The notes under the pieces are model-generated. The model worked only from the letters and a program-made list of their open reading frames with translations. It was not told the origin of the DNA and searched no databases. Positions 19,595 to 28,734 of a DNA stretch of 64,000 nt are shown piece by piece. Position numbers and translations under genes: made by a program. Source of the stretch: Pseudomonadota bacterium (GTDB lineage: Bacteria > Desulfobacterota > Syntrophia > Syntrophales > Fen-1087); NCBI GenBank assembly GCA_043805145.1, contig JAZDIK010000032.1, positions 15,485 through 79,484 of the forward strand, given 5' to 3'. The stretch's first letter is position 1. Every line of letters starts with the position of its first letter.

Positions 19595-19633
19595 GAAATA
19601 TGGGGACATGACACAGTCATGTCCCCATATTTC
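19595..19633. repeat. Perfect 18-bp-arm inverted repeat (3-nt loop)
   Basis: GAAATATGGGGACATGAC-aca-GTCATGTCCCCATATTTC, checked base by base. Its core is shared with the palindrome at 37122-37164. Confidence 0.9.
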
Positions 19634-19757
19634 TTGGAATGAATAATGTATGGCCGTCGCCCTGCTTCATTTTAACATTTTAATCAGTGCTGCCATGGTG
19701 TATGGTGACAAGCATATTTTTAATACAGAGGCATGTTTATTTATGGATGAAGGAAGA

Positions 19758-20780
19758 ATGTCCATGACTGTACCGGAATGGACACCGGAGGCGATCCTCC
19801 GCTTGTCGGGAGACTACTGGAAAACATGCGCCCTGCATGCTGGCGTCAAGCTGGACATCTTTACAATCATCGGAGAGGACTGCCTTTCCGCAACCGACAT
19901 CGCCGGGCGGATCAAGGGTGATTTGCGGGGCGTCACGATGCTTCTGAACGCGCTGACAGCCATGAGACTCCTGCTCCATACAGATAAAGGATATGCCAAC
20001 ATCCCGGCCGCCAAACATTTTTTGTCGAAGGATTCCGAGAATTATCTGGGCTACCTGATCACGCACCATCATTATCTGATGAAATCCTGGTCTCAGCTGG
20101 ACAAAGCCGTCAAAACCGGCAAGCCCCTGCGTACAAGATCCTCGCTAAGCGACGCCGCGCGGCGGGAGAGCTTCCTGATGGGCATGTTCAATATCGCCAT
20201 GAAGGTCGCGCCAACCATTGCCGCCGCTACAGACCTTTCGAACAGGCATCATCTTCTCGATCTGGGTGGAGGACCGGGAACTTATGCCATTCATTTCTGT
20301 TTGACCAATCCTCAACTCCGGGCAACCGTTTATGACCTGCCGGAAACCCGGCCTTTCGCTGAAAAAACCATCGCGAAATTCGGCTTGGCCGACCGCATCG
20401 CCTTTGTGGAAGGAAATTTCATCAAGGATGACATCCCGGGAACCTACGACGTCGCCCTGCTTTCGCACATTCTTCATGCGGAAGAACCAAACGACTGCCG
20501 CAAGCTCATTCGGAAGGCCGTCTCCAGGTTGCAACCGGGCGGTCTGATCATGATCCACGAATTCATCCTAGACAATACCATGGACAGCCCCCTGCATCCG
20601 GCCCTGTTTGCGCTCAACATGCTGCTGGGCACTCCCTCAGGCCGGTCCTATTCCGAAGAACAGATCATGGACATGCTGACGGGAACCCATGTCAAGGATA
20701 TCCGGCGGATCCTCGTCGAGACCCCGAATGATTCGGGCGTCATCATCGGCAACATATCCCTTGACTTCCCCGCGAAATAG
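19758..20780 (+). CDS. Class I SAM-dependent O-methyltransferase (dimerisation domain plus OMT domain type)
   Basis: SAM motif LLDLGGGPGTYA with an N-terminal winged-helix-like dimerisation region. The start is uncertain (ATGs at 19743, 19758 and 19764; the track ORF starts at 19650). Confidence 0.7.
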   Translation: MSMTVPEWTPEAILRLSGDYWKTCALHAGVKLDIFTIIGEDCLSATDIAGRIKGDLRGVTMLLNALTAMRLLLHTDKGYANIPAAKHFLSKDSENYLGYLITHHHYLMKSWSQLDKAVKTGKPLRTRSSLSDAARRESFLMGMFNIAMKVAPTIAAATDLSNRHHLLDLGGGPGTYAIHFCLTNPQLRATVYDLPETRPFAEKTIAKFGLADRIAFVEGNFIKDDIPGTYDVALLSHILHAEEPNDCRKLIRKAVSRLQPGGLIMIHEFILDNTMDSPLHPALFALNMLLGTPSGRSYSEEQIMDMLTGTHVKDIRRILVETPNDSGVIIGNISLDFPAK

Positions 20781-20814
20781 CATATCATAAAAGCATATCC
20801 TGGAGGTGATTGAT

Positions 20815-21048
20815 ATGCGTGCAACATTAAACATCCCCGACGATCTCCTCTCCGAGGTCCAGAAAATCTCGAAACAGAAATCCAAAACCATGGCTATTGT
20901 CACGGCGATGGAGTCCTATGTCAGAGACAGGAAAATGACCGAACTTCTGGCACTGCGGGGCAAAATGACGATTAACTATGACTGGAGGACAGAGGAAAGA
21001 ATAGAATTGCAGGCCCAGGAAGAACGGGACAAATGCAATGAAAAGTAA
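20815..21048 (+). CDS. vapB: VapB-type antitoxin (MRATLNIPDDLL-type small protein)
   Basis: About 77 aa. ATG 8 nt after GGAGG. The N-terminus MRATLNIPDDLL is characteristic of a common VapB family. It overlaps the downstream PIN gene by 11 nt. Confidence 0.65.
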   Translation: MRATLNIPDDLLSEVQKISKQKSKTMAIVTAMESYVRDRKMTELLALRGKMTINYDWRTEERIELQAQEERDKCNEK

Positions 21049-21433
21049 TGGTATTCTCCCCGATACTTGCGCCTGGATCGATTATTTTCGATCCGGCACG
21101 ACCCCTCTCGGCCAGGCTCTCGAAAAAGCCCTTACAGCAGAAGCTGTTTTTGTCTGCGGACCGGTCATCTATGAACTTGTCCAGGGCGTCCGATCAGAAA
21201 TGGAACAGGCCCTGCTGACCGGTGTACTGAACGCCCTTCCCTTCCTCGAAATGAATGAAGCGCTCTGGATCAGAGCCGGCCGCCTCTCTGCCAAGCTGCG
21301 CAAAGAAGGGAAAACGATCCCCTTTTCCGATATCATCATTGCCGTCCTGGCCATGGAAAAGAATCTTGCCGTGATGACGGTGGACGAACATTTCCGCGAC
21401 ATACCGGGATTGAAAATCAGTGCGGATGAATGA
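21038..21433 (+). CDS. vapC: PIN-domain ribonuclease toxin VapC
   Basis: 131 aa. N-terminal LPDTCAWIDYFR (first acidic PIN residue) and conserved later acidic positions (YELVQG, DIIIA, TVDEHF). Coupled to the upstream antitoxin. Confidence 0.75.
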   Translation: MKSNGILPDTCAWIDYFRSGTTPLGQALEKALTAEAVFVCGPVIYELVQGVRSEMEQALLTGVLNALPFLEMNEALWIRAGRLSAKLRKEGKTIPFSDIIIAVLAMEKNLAVMTVDEHFRDIPGLKISADE

Positions 21434-21476
21434 CGACGAAGGACTTAATGAAATTGTGGGAGGATGAGGAGAAAGC

Positions 21477-21653
21477 ATGAATCCGATCCCGGAATATCTG
21501 CGCAAGATTGAAAAAGACCTGACCGCAGGCAACGCCACGGAACACACCTACCGCCCCACCCTGAAAACCCTCATCGAATCCCTGGGAACAGATATCAGCG
21601 CCACCAACGAACCCAAGCGGGAAAAGTGCGGCGCGCCGGATTATAGCCGTTGA
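21477..21653 (+). pseudogene. 58-codon remnant of the N-terminus of an N6-adenine DNA methyltransferase / type IIG-like restriction-modification enzyme
   Basis: My own translation gives MNPIPEYLRKIEKDLTAGNATEHTYRPTLKTLIESLGTDISATNEPKREKCGAPDYSR-stop, below the track size cut-off. The motif NATEHTYRP.LK.L...L......TNEPKR..CGAPD is one I recognise as the N-terminal domain of many large DNA methylase/restriction proteins. Here it stops after 58 codons. Confidence 0.55.
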
Positions 21654-21670
21654 AATAATCGAGGTTTTAC

Positions 21671-22345
21671 GTGATTATGAATATTGAAGATTTAAGAATA
21701 TACCCCTTCAAGGGGTTCATGGATGAAGAAGAAGCGCTGCGATTATACGAACTGGCGCGAGAGGCGAGCCGTTTCGGCCTCTGTCTGGAAATCGGCAGCT
21801 ATTGCGGGCTTTCGGCGGCTTATCTGGGCATGGGCTGCCGCGAAAACGGCGGCGTCCTGTACTCCATCGACCACCATCGGGGCTCGGAAGAACAGCAGCC
21901 CGGCCAGGAATATTTCGATCCCGATCTGGTGGACCCCCAAACGGGCCTGATCGACACGTTTCCGCTTTTCCTGAAAACGATTGCCGCTCTCGGTCTCGAA
22001 GACACGGTCATCCCCATCGTTGCGAAATCGGCGGTGGCCGCCCGTAACTGGTCCACACCCTTGAGCCTGGTCTTCATCGACGGCGGCCACACCTTCGAGG
22101 CGGCTTTTGCCGATTACAGCGGCTGGGTTTCTCATATTATGCTTGGCGGATTTCTCGTAATTCATGATATCTTTTTTGATCTGGCCGAAGGCGGCCAGGC
22201 GCCATTCTGCATCTATCGGATGGCGCTGGCGTCTGGGCTGTTCACGGAGCTGCCTTCAATTAAGACGCTGGGGGTGCTGAGACGGGCGGACTGCGGAGAA
22301 ATAACCGTCGCAGCCGGACAGCGATGGGAGGAACTTTGCCGATGA
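21671..22345 (+). CDS. Class I SAM-dependent methyltransferase (Methyltransf_24 / TylF-like fold)
   Basis: 224 aa. LEIGSYCGLSAAYL SAM motif, VFIDGGHTFEAAFADY and FLVIHDI are typical of this family. Confidence 0.65.
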   Translation: MIMNIEDLRIYPFKGFMDEEEALRLYELAREASRFGLCLEIGSYCGLSAAYLGMGCRENGGVLYSIDHHRGSEEQQPGQEYFDPDLVDPQTGLIDTFPLFLKTIAALGLEDTVIPIVAKSAVAARNWSTPLSLVFIDGGHTFEAAFADYSGWVSHIMLGGFLVIHDIFFDLAEGGQAPFCIYRMALASGLFTELPSIKTLGVLRRADCGEITVAAGQRWEELCR

Positions 22346-22401
22346 GGTTTTCTTTATTCTCAGGGGCTGCACTCATATGATATGAATAAGGAGCATGATT
22401 G

Positions 22402-23325
22402 ATGACGCTGGAAGATTTCAGAAATATCTCTCTGCAGCAACTCGAAGCACTTCTGTTTCTGGTAACCGAGGGAAGTTTCAGCCGTGCCGCGAAAAAAATG
22501 CATCTTTCCCAGCCTTCCCTGACAAAACATATTGCCAATTTGGAAGCGATTATCGGGATGACGGTGGTGCGCCGCGAAAAAACCGGGGTCGTTCTGACGC
22601 CGGAGGGAAAAATCGTTTTCGACCTTGCCGCAAGAATCCTCAAGCTGCGGGACGATGCCGGGGAAAAAATCGCAGGAATGCAGCAAAACGAGGCCGGAGT
22701 TATCGCCGTTGCCGCGAGCACCATCCCGGCAACCTATATCCTGCCGCATGTCCTGAGCCGCTTTCGCAAGGTACACCCGGGGACCCGTGTCACAGTTCAG
22801 AGCGCCGACAGCGAAGAGGTTCTTAATATGATTCTCAACGGGGAGAAAGAACTGGGCATTATCGGGAAAAGGCCGTCGCGAGGGAAGCTGGAGACGGAAC
22901 CGCTTTGGCAGGATCGGCTGGTCCTGACCGTTCCCGCAGGCCACCGATGGGCCGGCAAGCCTTCCGTTTCCCTGCCGGAAGTCATGGAAGAACCCTTTAT
23001 CGTTCGTGAAAAGGGCTCGGCGACGCGGGATATCCTGGAGCGCTACCTGAAGGAGCAAGCGAACACCGATCTCGCAAACTTCAGGATTACGGCCGAGTTC
23101 GGGAGTTCAGCGGCAGTCAAGGAAGCCGTACTGGCGGGGCTTGGCGTCTCGATTCTCTCCATCCGGGCCATGACGAGAGAATTAAAGCTGCAGCTTCTGA
23201 AGGAAGTGCCTGTGGAAGACTGGCGCATTGAAAGATCCTTTTATCTGATCTTGCGCCGCCCCTTTAATATCCTGCGCCATCACCAATTGTTTCTGGATTT
23301 CATCAGACAATGCCGTCTGGATTAA
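22402..23325 (+). CDS. LysR family transcriptional regulator
   Basis: ATG 8 nt after AAGGAG. N-terminal HTH LQQLEALLFLVTEGSFSRAAKKMHLSQPSLTKHIANLE plus a LysR substrate-binding domain. Confidence 0.85.
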   Translation: MTLEDFRNISLQQLEALLFLVTEGSFSRAAKKMHLSQPSLTKHIANLEAIIGMTVVRREKTGVVLTPEGKIVFDLAARILKLRDDAGEKIAGMQQNEAGVIAVAASTIPATYILPHVLSRFRKVHPGTRVTVQSADSEEVLNMILNGEKELGIIGKRPSRGKLETEPLWQDRLVLTVPAGHRWAGKPSVSLPEVMEEPFIVREKGSATRDILERYLKEQANTDLANFRITAEFGSSAAVKEAVLAGLGVSILSIRAMTRELKLQLLKEVPVEDWRIERSFYLILRRPFNILRHHQLFLDFIRQCRLD

Positions 23326-23480
23326 TCAGTCCGAACGAGATCCAGCATATACGACATCGCCAGCATGTTGTCCCGGACTTGGCGGCTGGTAACGCCACAA
23401 AAAATTCTTATTGAAAATGATGTGCATTAATGGTAAGAAGCACGCCCTGCGCACGGCAGGCCGTATCAGCAGCATACTGC

Positions 23481-23554
23481 TGGGGGATCGTTCAATGGTA
23501 GGACAACGGACTCTGACTCCGTGAATCGTGGTTCGAATCCACGTCTCCCAGCCA
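23481..23554 (+). tRNA. tRNA-Gln (anticodon CTG), CCA encoded
   Basis: Hand-folded. Acceptor TGGGGGA/TCTCCCA, anticodon stem ACGGA/TCCGT with loop CTCTGAC, T-arm CGTGG-TTCGAAT-CCACG. Confidence 0.9.
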
Positions 23555-23592
23555 TCTACTAAATGGTTTCCGATAGATGCCCTTTTTCTTTG

Positions 23593-23623
23593 GTCTCTAC
23601 AGTGTAGAGACTTTTATTTTATT
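23593..23623 (+). terminator. Rho-independent terminator after tRNA-Gln
   Basis: GTCTCTAC-agt-GTAGAGAC followed by TTTTATTTTATT. Confidence 0.6.
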
Positions 23624-24181
23624 ACCCATCACTCCAGGCACAATCAATCCATAGCCATCATAATATCATTTCTATTTTCATGTCCTTCACGTTTGCTTTA
23701 AAATCATTCATTTCTCTTTAAGATTATCAAGATTTCCCTCCCGTAAGGGCGTATCAAGATATTTTTACAGATAGATACCGTAAAACGATTTAGCTAACGG
23801 GGATGTGTATATTTACTATAAGCGGGATTTTGAAAACCCATTCAAAATAAATCTGGATGCCGAACTTAAAAAAGGAAATCATAGCTCTGAGTTGGGATCG
23901 TTGTTAAGGAAATGACCTTTGCTAATATTACATTGTGAGCTTTGACGTTACTCTCTTCCGATTCGCATTACTCAGACCTGACAACCTGCCGCCACGCACC
24001 ATTTCTGTAAGCGACTGTCATATTCTGTCAGCATAGTCACTTTTCAAATCAGAAAGAACGCAAGAGCCGGATGAATCTTTTTTGTTTATCCGGTTGATTT
24101 TTCCCGCGCTGAACGCTATAGATTGCCATATAGCCCTGAGGCTCTACAAGGCAAAAGACATCTTTTAAAGGTCTCAAGACC

Positions 24182-24865
24182 ATGCAAAGAATTAAAGATA
24201 TTTTCATGGATTTTGCGATTCCGATCGCTACTCTGTTGATGTCGACGTTCATTTTATCTGTCATGAATGCCGATCTTTTGCTGGCGGCGCGCTTTTACTC
24301 GCCGGCTGAAGGCTGGCTCTGGAAAAACGTCCATCCCTGGATTGATCTTTACCATTACGGGAATATTCCGCCCCTGATACTGGGCCTGTACGGGTTTATC
24401 ATTTTTATCCTGGGTTTTTTTGTTCACAGGATCGCGTTTTATCGGAAAATTGGTCTGTTTCTGGTCATTTATCTGATTCTTGGACCGGGACTGGTTATTA
24501 ACACGGTGGTCAAGGACCATTGGGGGCGTCCCCGGCCCGTGGAGGTCAAAAACTTCGGAGGTGCGGAGCAATACCTGCCTGTATGGGAAAGGGGAACCCC
24601 GGGCCAAGGCAAGTCCTTCCCCTCCGGCCATGCTGCTGTGGGGTTTTTTCTTTTTGCACCTTTTTTCTTACTGAGAAAGCAATCTCCCAAATGGGCGGTT
24701 TCTTTCCTGTTGCTGGGTCTTGCATACGGCGCTTTCATGGGCATTGGCCGCATGGCGCAGGGGGGACATTTCGCCACGGATATCCTTTGGGCCTGGGGCT
24801 TGACCTATCTGACCGGACTGATTCTATCCTATATTTTTCGATTCGATAAATTGAAGCTGAACTGA
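24182..24865 (+). CDS. PAP2-family membrane phosphatase (LpxE/LpxF-like candidate)
   Basis: 227 aa. The three PAP2 motifs KDHWGRPRP, PSGHAA, GRMAQGGHFATD. Several TM segments. Confidence 0.8.
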   Translation: MQRIKDIFMDFAIPIATLLMSTFILSVMNADLLLAARFYSPAEGWLWKNVHPWIDLYHYGNIPPLILGLYGFIIFILGFFVHRIAFYRKIGLFLVIYLILGPGLVINTVVKDHWGRPRPVEVKNFGGAEQYLPVWERGTPGQGKSFPSGHAAVGFFLFAPFFLLRKQSPKWAVSFLLLGLAYGAFMGIGRMAQGGHFATDILWAWGLTYLTGLILSYIFRFDKLKLN

Positions 24866-24866
24866 G

Positions 24867-26045
24867 ATGCGAAAGACGATCAATCTCTACATTCTCCGGG
24901 AAATCGCCGTTCCCTTCATCATGATCCTGCTTGTGTTGACCTTCGTTCTGCTGATGGGCCGGATTCTGCAACTGATGGACCTGATGGTCAACAAGGGCAT
25001 TGGTCTTATCGATATTGCCATATTTATTATTCTGCTGATGCCGTCTTTTCTGATGTTCACCATTCCCATTTCCCTGCTTGTCGCGATCCTGATCGGGCTC
25101 GGAAGGCTCTCCGGAGACAATGAGATCACGGTCATGAAAGCCTCTGGGATCAGTATATACCAGCTTTATCAGCCGGTCGCGGCAGCTTCCGTCGTGGCTT
25201 TCATCATGACTGCCGCTACCACGCTTTTTTTAGTTCCCCAGGGCAATTACGCCACCAAGCACCATCTATACGATGTATCGAAAAAACGGGCCAGCATCGG
25301 CATCCGGGAGAAGGTCTTCATCGACGATTTCAAAGGGTTATTGATTTATGCAGAGACCATCCCGATGGACGGCGCCTTCATGGAAGGCGTCCTGATCTCC
25401 GATACCCGCCTGACGCAGGAGCCCAGCACGATCATTGCGAAAAAAGCCTATCTGATCTCAGACCCGAAGGCACTCACGGTCACGATGCGACTGGAAAACG
25501 GCAGCACCCATACCGTCGATGCCGACCTGAAAAACTATCGAAAAATGGATTTCAGTTCCTATGACGTCAACCTGGATATCGGGTCGGCCCTCTTCGATGA
25601 AAAAAATCTCAAAGAAAAATCCAGCGGCGAAATGACGGTTCTGGAACTTCAGGAAAAGCTTCGGAGAGCGGGAGTCGATAAACAACAACTACGGGAAGCG
25701 GCGATCGAGCTGAATAAAAAACTGTCCATCCCCATGTCCTGCCTGATTTTCGGCATCCTCGGCGTACCCCTTGGCATCCGGGCCCACCGGTCCGTCAAGT
25801 CGCGGGGCATTTCGATCGGCGCAATCATTGTGGCCGTTTATTATATGCTGCAATTGGGCGGAGAAGCCCTCGTGCAAACCGGCAAGGCCGGTCCGGCTGT
25901 CGGCGCCTGGATGCCCAATCTGGCATTCAGCCTTCTCGGCGTCGTTCTCTTTGTGAAAACTGCGAAAGAGGTCCGTTGGCCGTTTCCTTCCTTTCATGGG
26001 CTTTTCCGCCTACGGCAAGAAAAGAACGGGGCAACGACGCCATGA
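24867..26045 (+). CDS. lptF: LPS export ABC permease LptF (YjgP/YjgQ family)
   Basis: 392 aa. N-terminus INLYILREIAVPF, with TM segments flanking a central periplasmic domain. Starts 1 nt after the PAP2 stop. Confidence 0.8.
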   Translation: MRKTINLYILREIAVPFIMILLVLTFVLLMGRILQLMDLMVNKGIGLIDIAIFIILLMPSFLMFTIPISLLVAILIGLGRLSGDNEITVMKASGISIYQLYQPVAAASVVAFIMTAATTLFLVPQGNYATKHHLYDVSKKRASIGIREKVFIDDFKGLLIYAETIPMDGAFMEGVLISDTRLTQEPSTIIAKKAYLISDPKALTVTMRLENGSTHTVDADLKNYRKMDFSSYDVNLDIGSALFDEKNLKEKSSGEMTVLELQEKLRRAGVDKQQLREAAIELNKKLSIPMSCLIFGILGVPLGIRAHRSVKSRGISIGAIIVAVYYMLQLGGEALVQTGKAGPAVGAWMPNLAFSLLGVVLFVKTAKEVRWPFPSFHGLFRLRQEKNGATTP

Positions 26046-27121
26046 TGATTCTGGATCGTTATATTGCAAGAGAATTCCTGAGATTGTTCGTCTTTCTGGC
26101 ATTGTGCTTTGTGGGCCTGTACCTGATCATTGATTTCTTTGAAAAAATTAAAATGTTTCTGAGCAACAGCGCCACCCCCTCCCAGATGATCTCCTTTTTT
26201 TTGTTCAACATTCCCATGATTATTTCACTAACCCTGCCTGCCGCCGTGCTGCTTTCCGCACTTGTCACGTTCGGCAACCTTTCCAAGAACGCCGAGATTG
26301 TGGCCATGAAAGCCAACGGAATCAGCCTTTACCGGACATCGTTGCCGCTGATCATCCTGACCGGCGTCATCTGCGTCATCGCTTTTCTGTTCAGTGAGTT
26401 CATTACGCCCTTTACCAATCAGAAGGCGGACCATATCCTGAAAGTGGACGTGCAGAAGCAGCGTGAACGGGGCGGTTTCAAGCAGAATCAAGTCTGGTAC
26501 CGTGGCAAGCTTGGCATTTATAATTTCAAGATTTTTCATCCGGAAAGAAAGCTGCTTCAGGGGGTCACGATCAATTACCTGAACCAGCAGTTTGAAATGA
26601 CCCTGCGTGTGGACGCACGAAGCGCCGAGTGGAAAGACGGACGCTGGATTTTCAGCGATGTCATGATCACACGCTTTCAGGAGGGTGATTTTCCGCTCGT
26701 CGAGCGACTTCCCACGGCCCTGATCGATCTGCCGGAAAAACCGACCGATTTCATGATCGCGCAAAAAGAAGCCGATAAAATGGGTTATTTGGAATTAAGC
26801 AAGTATATCAAGAAGCTGCAATCCGACGGATACGACACGACGCGCTATCGCACGGATATGCACGGCAAGGTCGCTTTTTCCCTGGTCAGTATCATCCTCG
26901 TGATTATCGGGGTCTCTTTTTCCCTGCGGTCGGAAAGAAGCGGCGGCGTGACACAGAGCATCGGGGCAGGCATTGTGATCGGCTTCTCCTACTGGCTCGT
27001 CTTCGCCCTCACCATATCGCTGGGCCGTTCGGGAACGTTGTCTCCCTTCCTGGCTGCATGGCTGGCCAACCTCCTCTTCGGTGCCGTTTCCGTCTTCATG
27101 TTCCTGCGGGTAAGAACCTGA
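26042..27121 (+). CDS. lptG: LPS export ABC permease LptG (YjgP/YjgQ family)
   Basis: Start taken at MMILDRYIAREF (ATGA overlap with the lptF stop). Same family architecture. Confidence 0.8.
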   Translation: MMILDRYIAREFLRLFVFLALCFVGLYLIIDFFEKIKMFLSNSATPSQMISFFLFNIPMIISLTLPAAVLLSALVTFGNLSKNAEIVAMKANGISLYRTSLPLIILTGVICVIAFLFSEFITPFTNQKADHILKVDVQKQRERGGFKQNQVWYRGKLGIYNFKIFHPERKLLQGVTINYLNQQFEMTLRVDARSAEWKDGRWIFSDVMITRFQEGDFPLVERLPTALIDLPEKPTDFMIAQKEADKMGYLELSKYIKKLQSDGYDTTRYRTDMHGKVAFSLVSIILVIIGVSFSLRSERSGGVTQSIGAGIVIGFSYWLVFALTISLGRSGTLSPFLAAWLANLLFGAVSVFMFLRVRT

Positions 27122-27295
27122 CCGAAAAGATTTATCGATCCGGCAATCGGAATGACAAGGGCTATGCGCAACCTTTGAAAAATGGCTTCATCGCGGCTCA
27201 AAAATCTTTTCCTCTGACGTCATTTCTGGAAAGGCGGAAAATATTTAATTCTCCCGCCGCTTGCCAACCATTTTTCAGAGGCTCCTCATAGTTTT

Positions 27296-28720
27296 TCAGT
27301 ACCGGTAATGGTCCGGCTTAAAAGGACCATCCACGGAAACACACAGATAACCGGCTTGCTTCTTGTTCAATTTCGTTAAACTTGCTCCCAGGCGGTCCAG
27401 GTGCAGCCGGGCCACCTCCTCATCCAACTTTTTCGGCAGGGTGTAGACGCCCGGCTTTAGTTTGCCGGCAGCCAGTTCGATCTGTGCGAGGCACTGATTG
27501 GTAAAACTGTTGCTCATGACAAAGCTGGGATGGCCCGTGGCACAGCCCAAATTCACGAGCCGGCCTTCGGCCAGAACGATAATGGAACGACCCGATTTCA
27601 GCAACCATTGATCCACCTGCGGTTTGATGTTCTGCTTACGGCAACCTTTCGTTGTTTCGAGATAGTGCATGTCGATCTCACTGTCGAAATGACCGATGTT
27701 GCAGACGATAGCCTCATTCTTCATTTTTTCCATGTGGCGGCCTGTGATGACATCACAGCAGCCCGTGGCAGTGATGAAAATATCCGCCTCCGAAATCACC
27801 TCGTCCAGGGTCCTGACCTCATAGCCTTCCATCGCGGCCTGCAGGGCGCAGATGGGATCGATCTCGGTGACGACGACGCGCGCGCCGAAGCCGCGCATGG
27901 ACTGGGCGCTCCCCTTGCCCACGTCGCCGAATCCGCAGACAACGACCGTTTTCCCGGCAATCATGGTATCGGTGCCCCGCTTGATGCCGTCCGCAAGAGA
28001 TTCCCGGCAACCGTAGAGATTGTCAAACTTGGACTTGGTCACGGAATCGTTGACGTTGATGGCCGGAAAAAGCAGTTCGCCGGTCTGCGCCATCTGGTAG
28101 AGCCGATGCACGCCCGTCGTCGTTTCCTCCGAAACGCCGCGAATTTGCGCCGCCACACGCTGCCAGCGTTTCGGGTCTTTTCCCCGACTGTATTTAAGCC
28201 GTTCCATAATAATGGCCATCTCCTTGTTGTCAGGCGCCTTTTCCAACAACGCGGGATTCTTTTCCACTTTGACGCCCTGGTGGACGAACAGCGTGGCATC
28301 CCCGCCGTCATCGACAATCAGATGCGGCCCGGAACCGTCCGGCCAGGTGAGGGCCTGCTCGGTGCACCACCAGTATTCCTCGAGGGTCTCCCCTTTCCAG
28401 GCAAAGACCGCCGCCGAACCCGCTTTGGCAATGGCGGCGGCGGCATGATCCTGCGTTGAAAAGATATTGCAGGACGCCCAGCGTACATCCGCTCCCAATT
28501 CCCTGAGTGTCTCGATGAGCATGGCTGTCTGGATCGTCATGTGCAGGCTGCCCATGATTTTCATCCCTTTGAGGGGCTTTTTCCGGCCATATTTTTTCCG
28601 GACGGCCATCAAGCCGGGCATCTCGTTTTCCGAAAGGCGCACCTCCTTGCGTCCCCAGTCGGCCAGGGAAAGATCGGCAACCTTGAATTTCAGTGTTTTG
28701 TCAACCTCGAGGCATGACAT
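27296..28720 (-). CDS. ahcY: Adenosylhomocysteinase
   Basis: 474 aa. Highly conserved blocks ([48 protein letters not shown]). Confidence 0.95.
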   Translation of the reverse strand: MSCLEVDKTLKFKVADLSLADWGRKEVRLSENEMPGLMAVRKKYGRKKPLKGMKIMGSLHMTIQTAMLIETLRELGADVRWASCNIFSTQDHAAAAIAKAGSAAVFAWKGETLEEYWWCTEQALTWPDGSGPHLIVDDGGDATLFVHQGVKVEKNPALLEKAPDNKEMAIIMERLKYSRGKDPKRWQRVAAQIRGVSEETTTGVHRLYQMAQTGELLFPAINVNDSVTKSKFDNLYGCRESLADGIKRGTDTMIAGKTVVVCGFGDVGKGSAQSMRGFGARVVVTEIDPICALQAAMEGYEVRTLDEVISEADIFITATGCCDVITGRHMEKMKNEAIVCNIGHFDSEIDMHYLETTKGCRKQNIKPQVDQWLLKSGRSIIVLAEGRLVNLGCATGHPSFVMSNSFTNQCLAQIELAAGKLKPGVYTLPKKLDEEVARLHLDRLGASLTKLNKKQAGYLCVSVDGPFKPDHYRY

Positions 28721-28734
28721 GATTTACTCCTCCA

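Noticed and set aside
23481-24181. Looked for an integrated mobile element at tRNA-Gln (att direct repeat, integrase).
   Set aside because: I found no integrase or recombinase gene and no repeat of the tRNA 3-prime end by eye in the following sequence. Only the compositional anomaly is reported, as a finding.
27530-28459. A 309-aa ORF on the plus strand.
   Set aside because: It is antisense to the highly conserved adenosylhomocysteinase gene.
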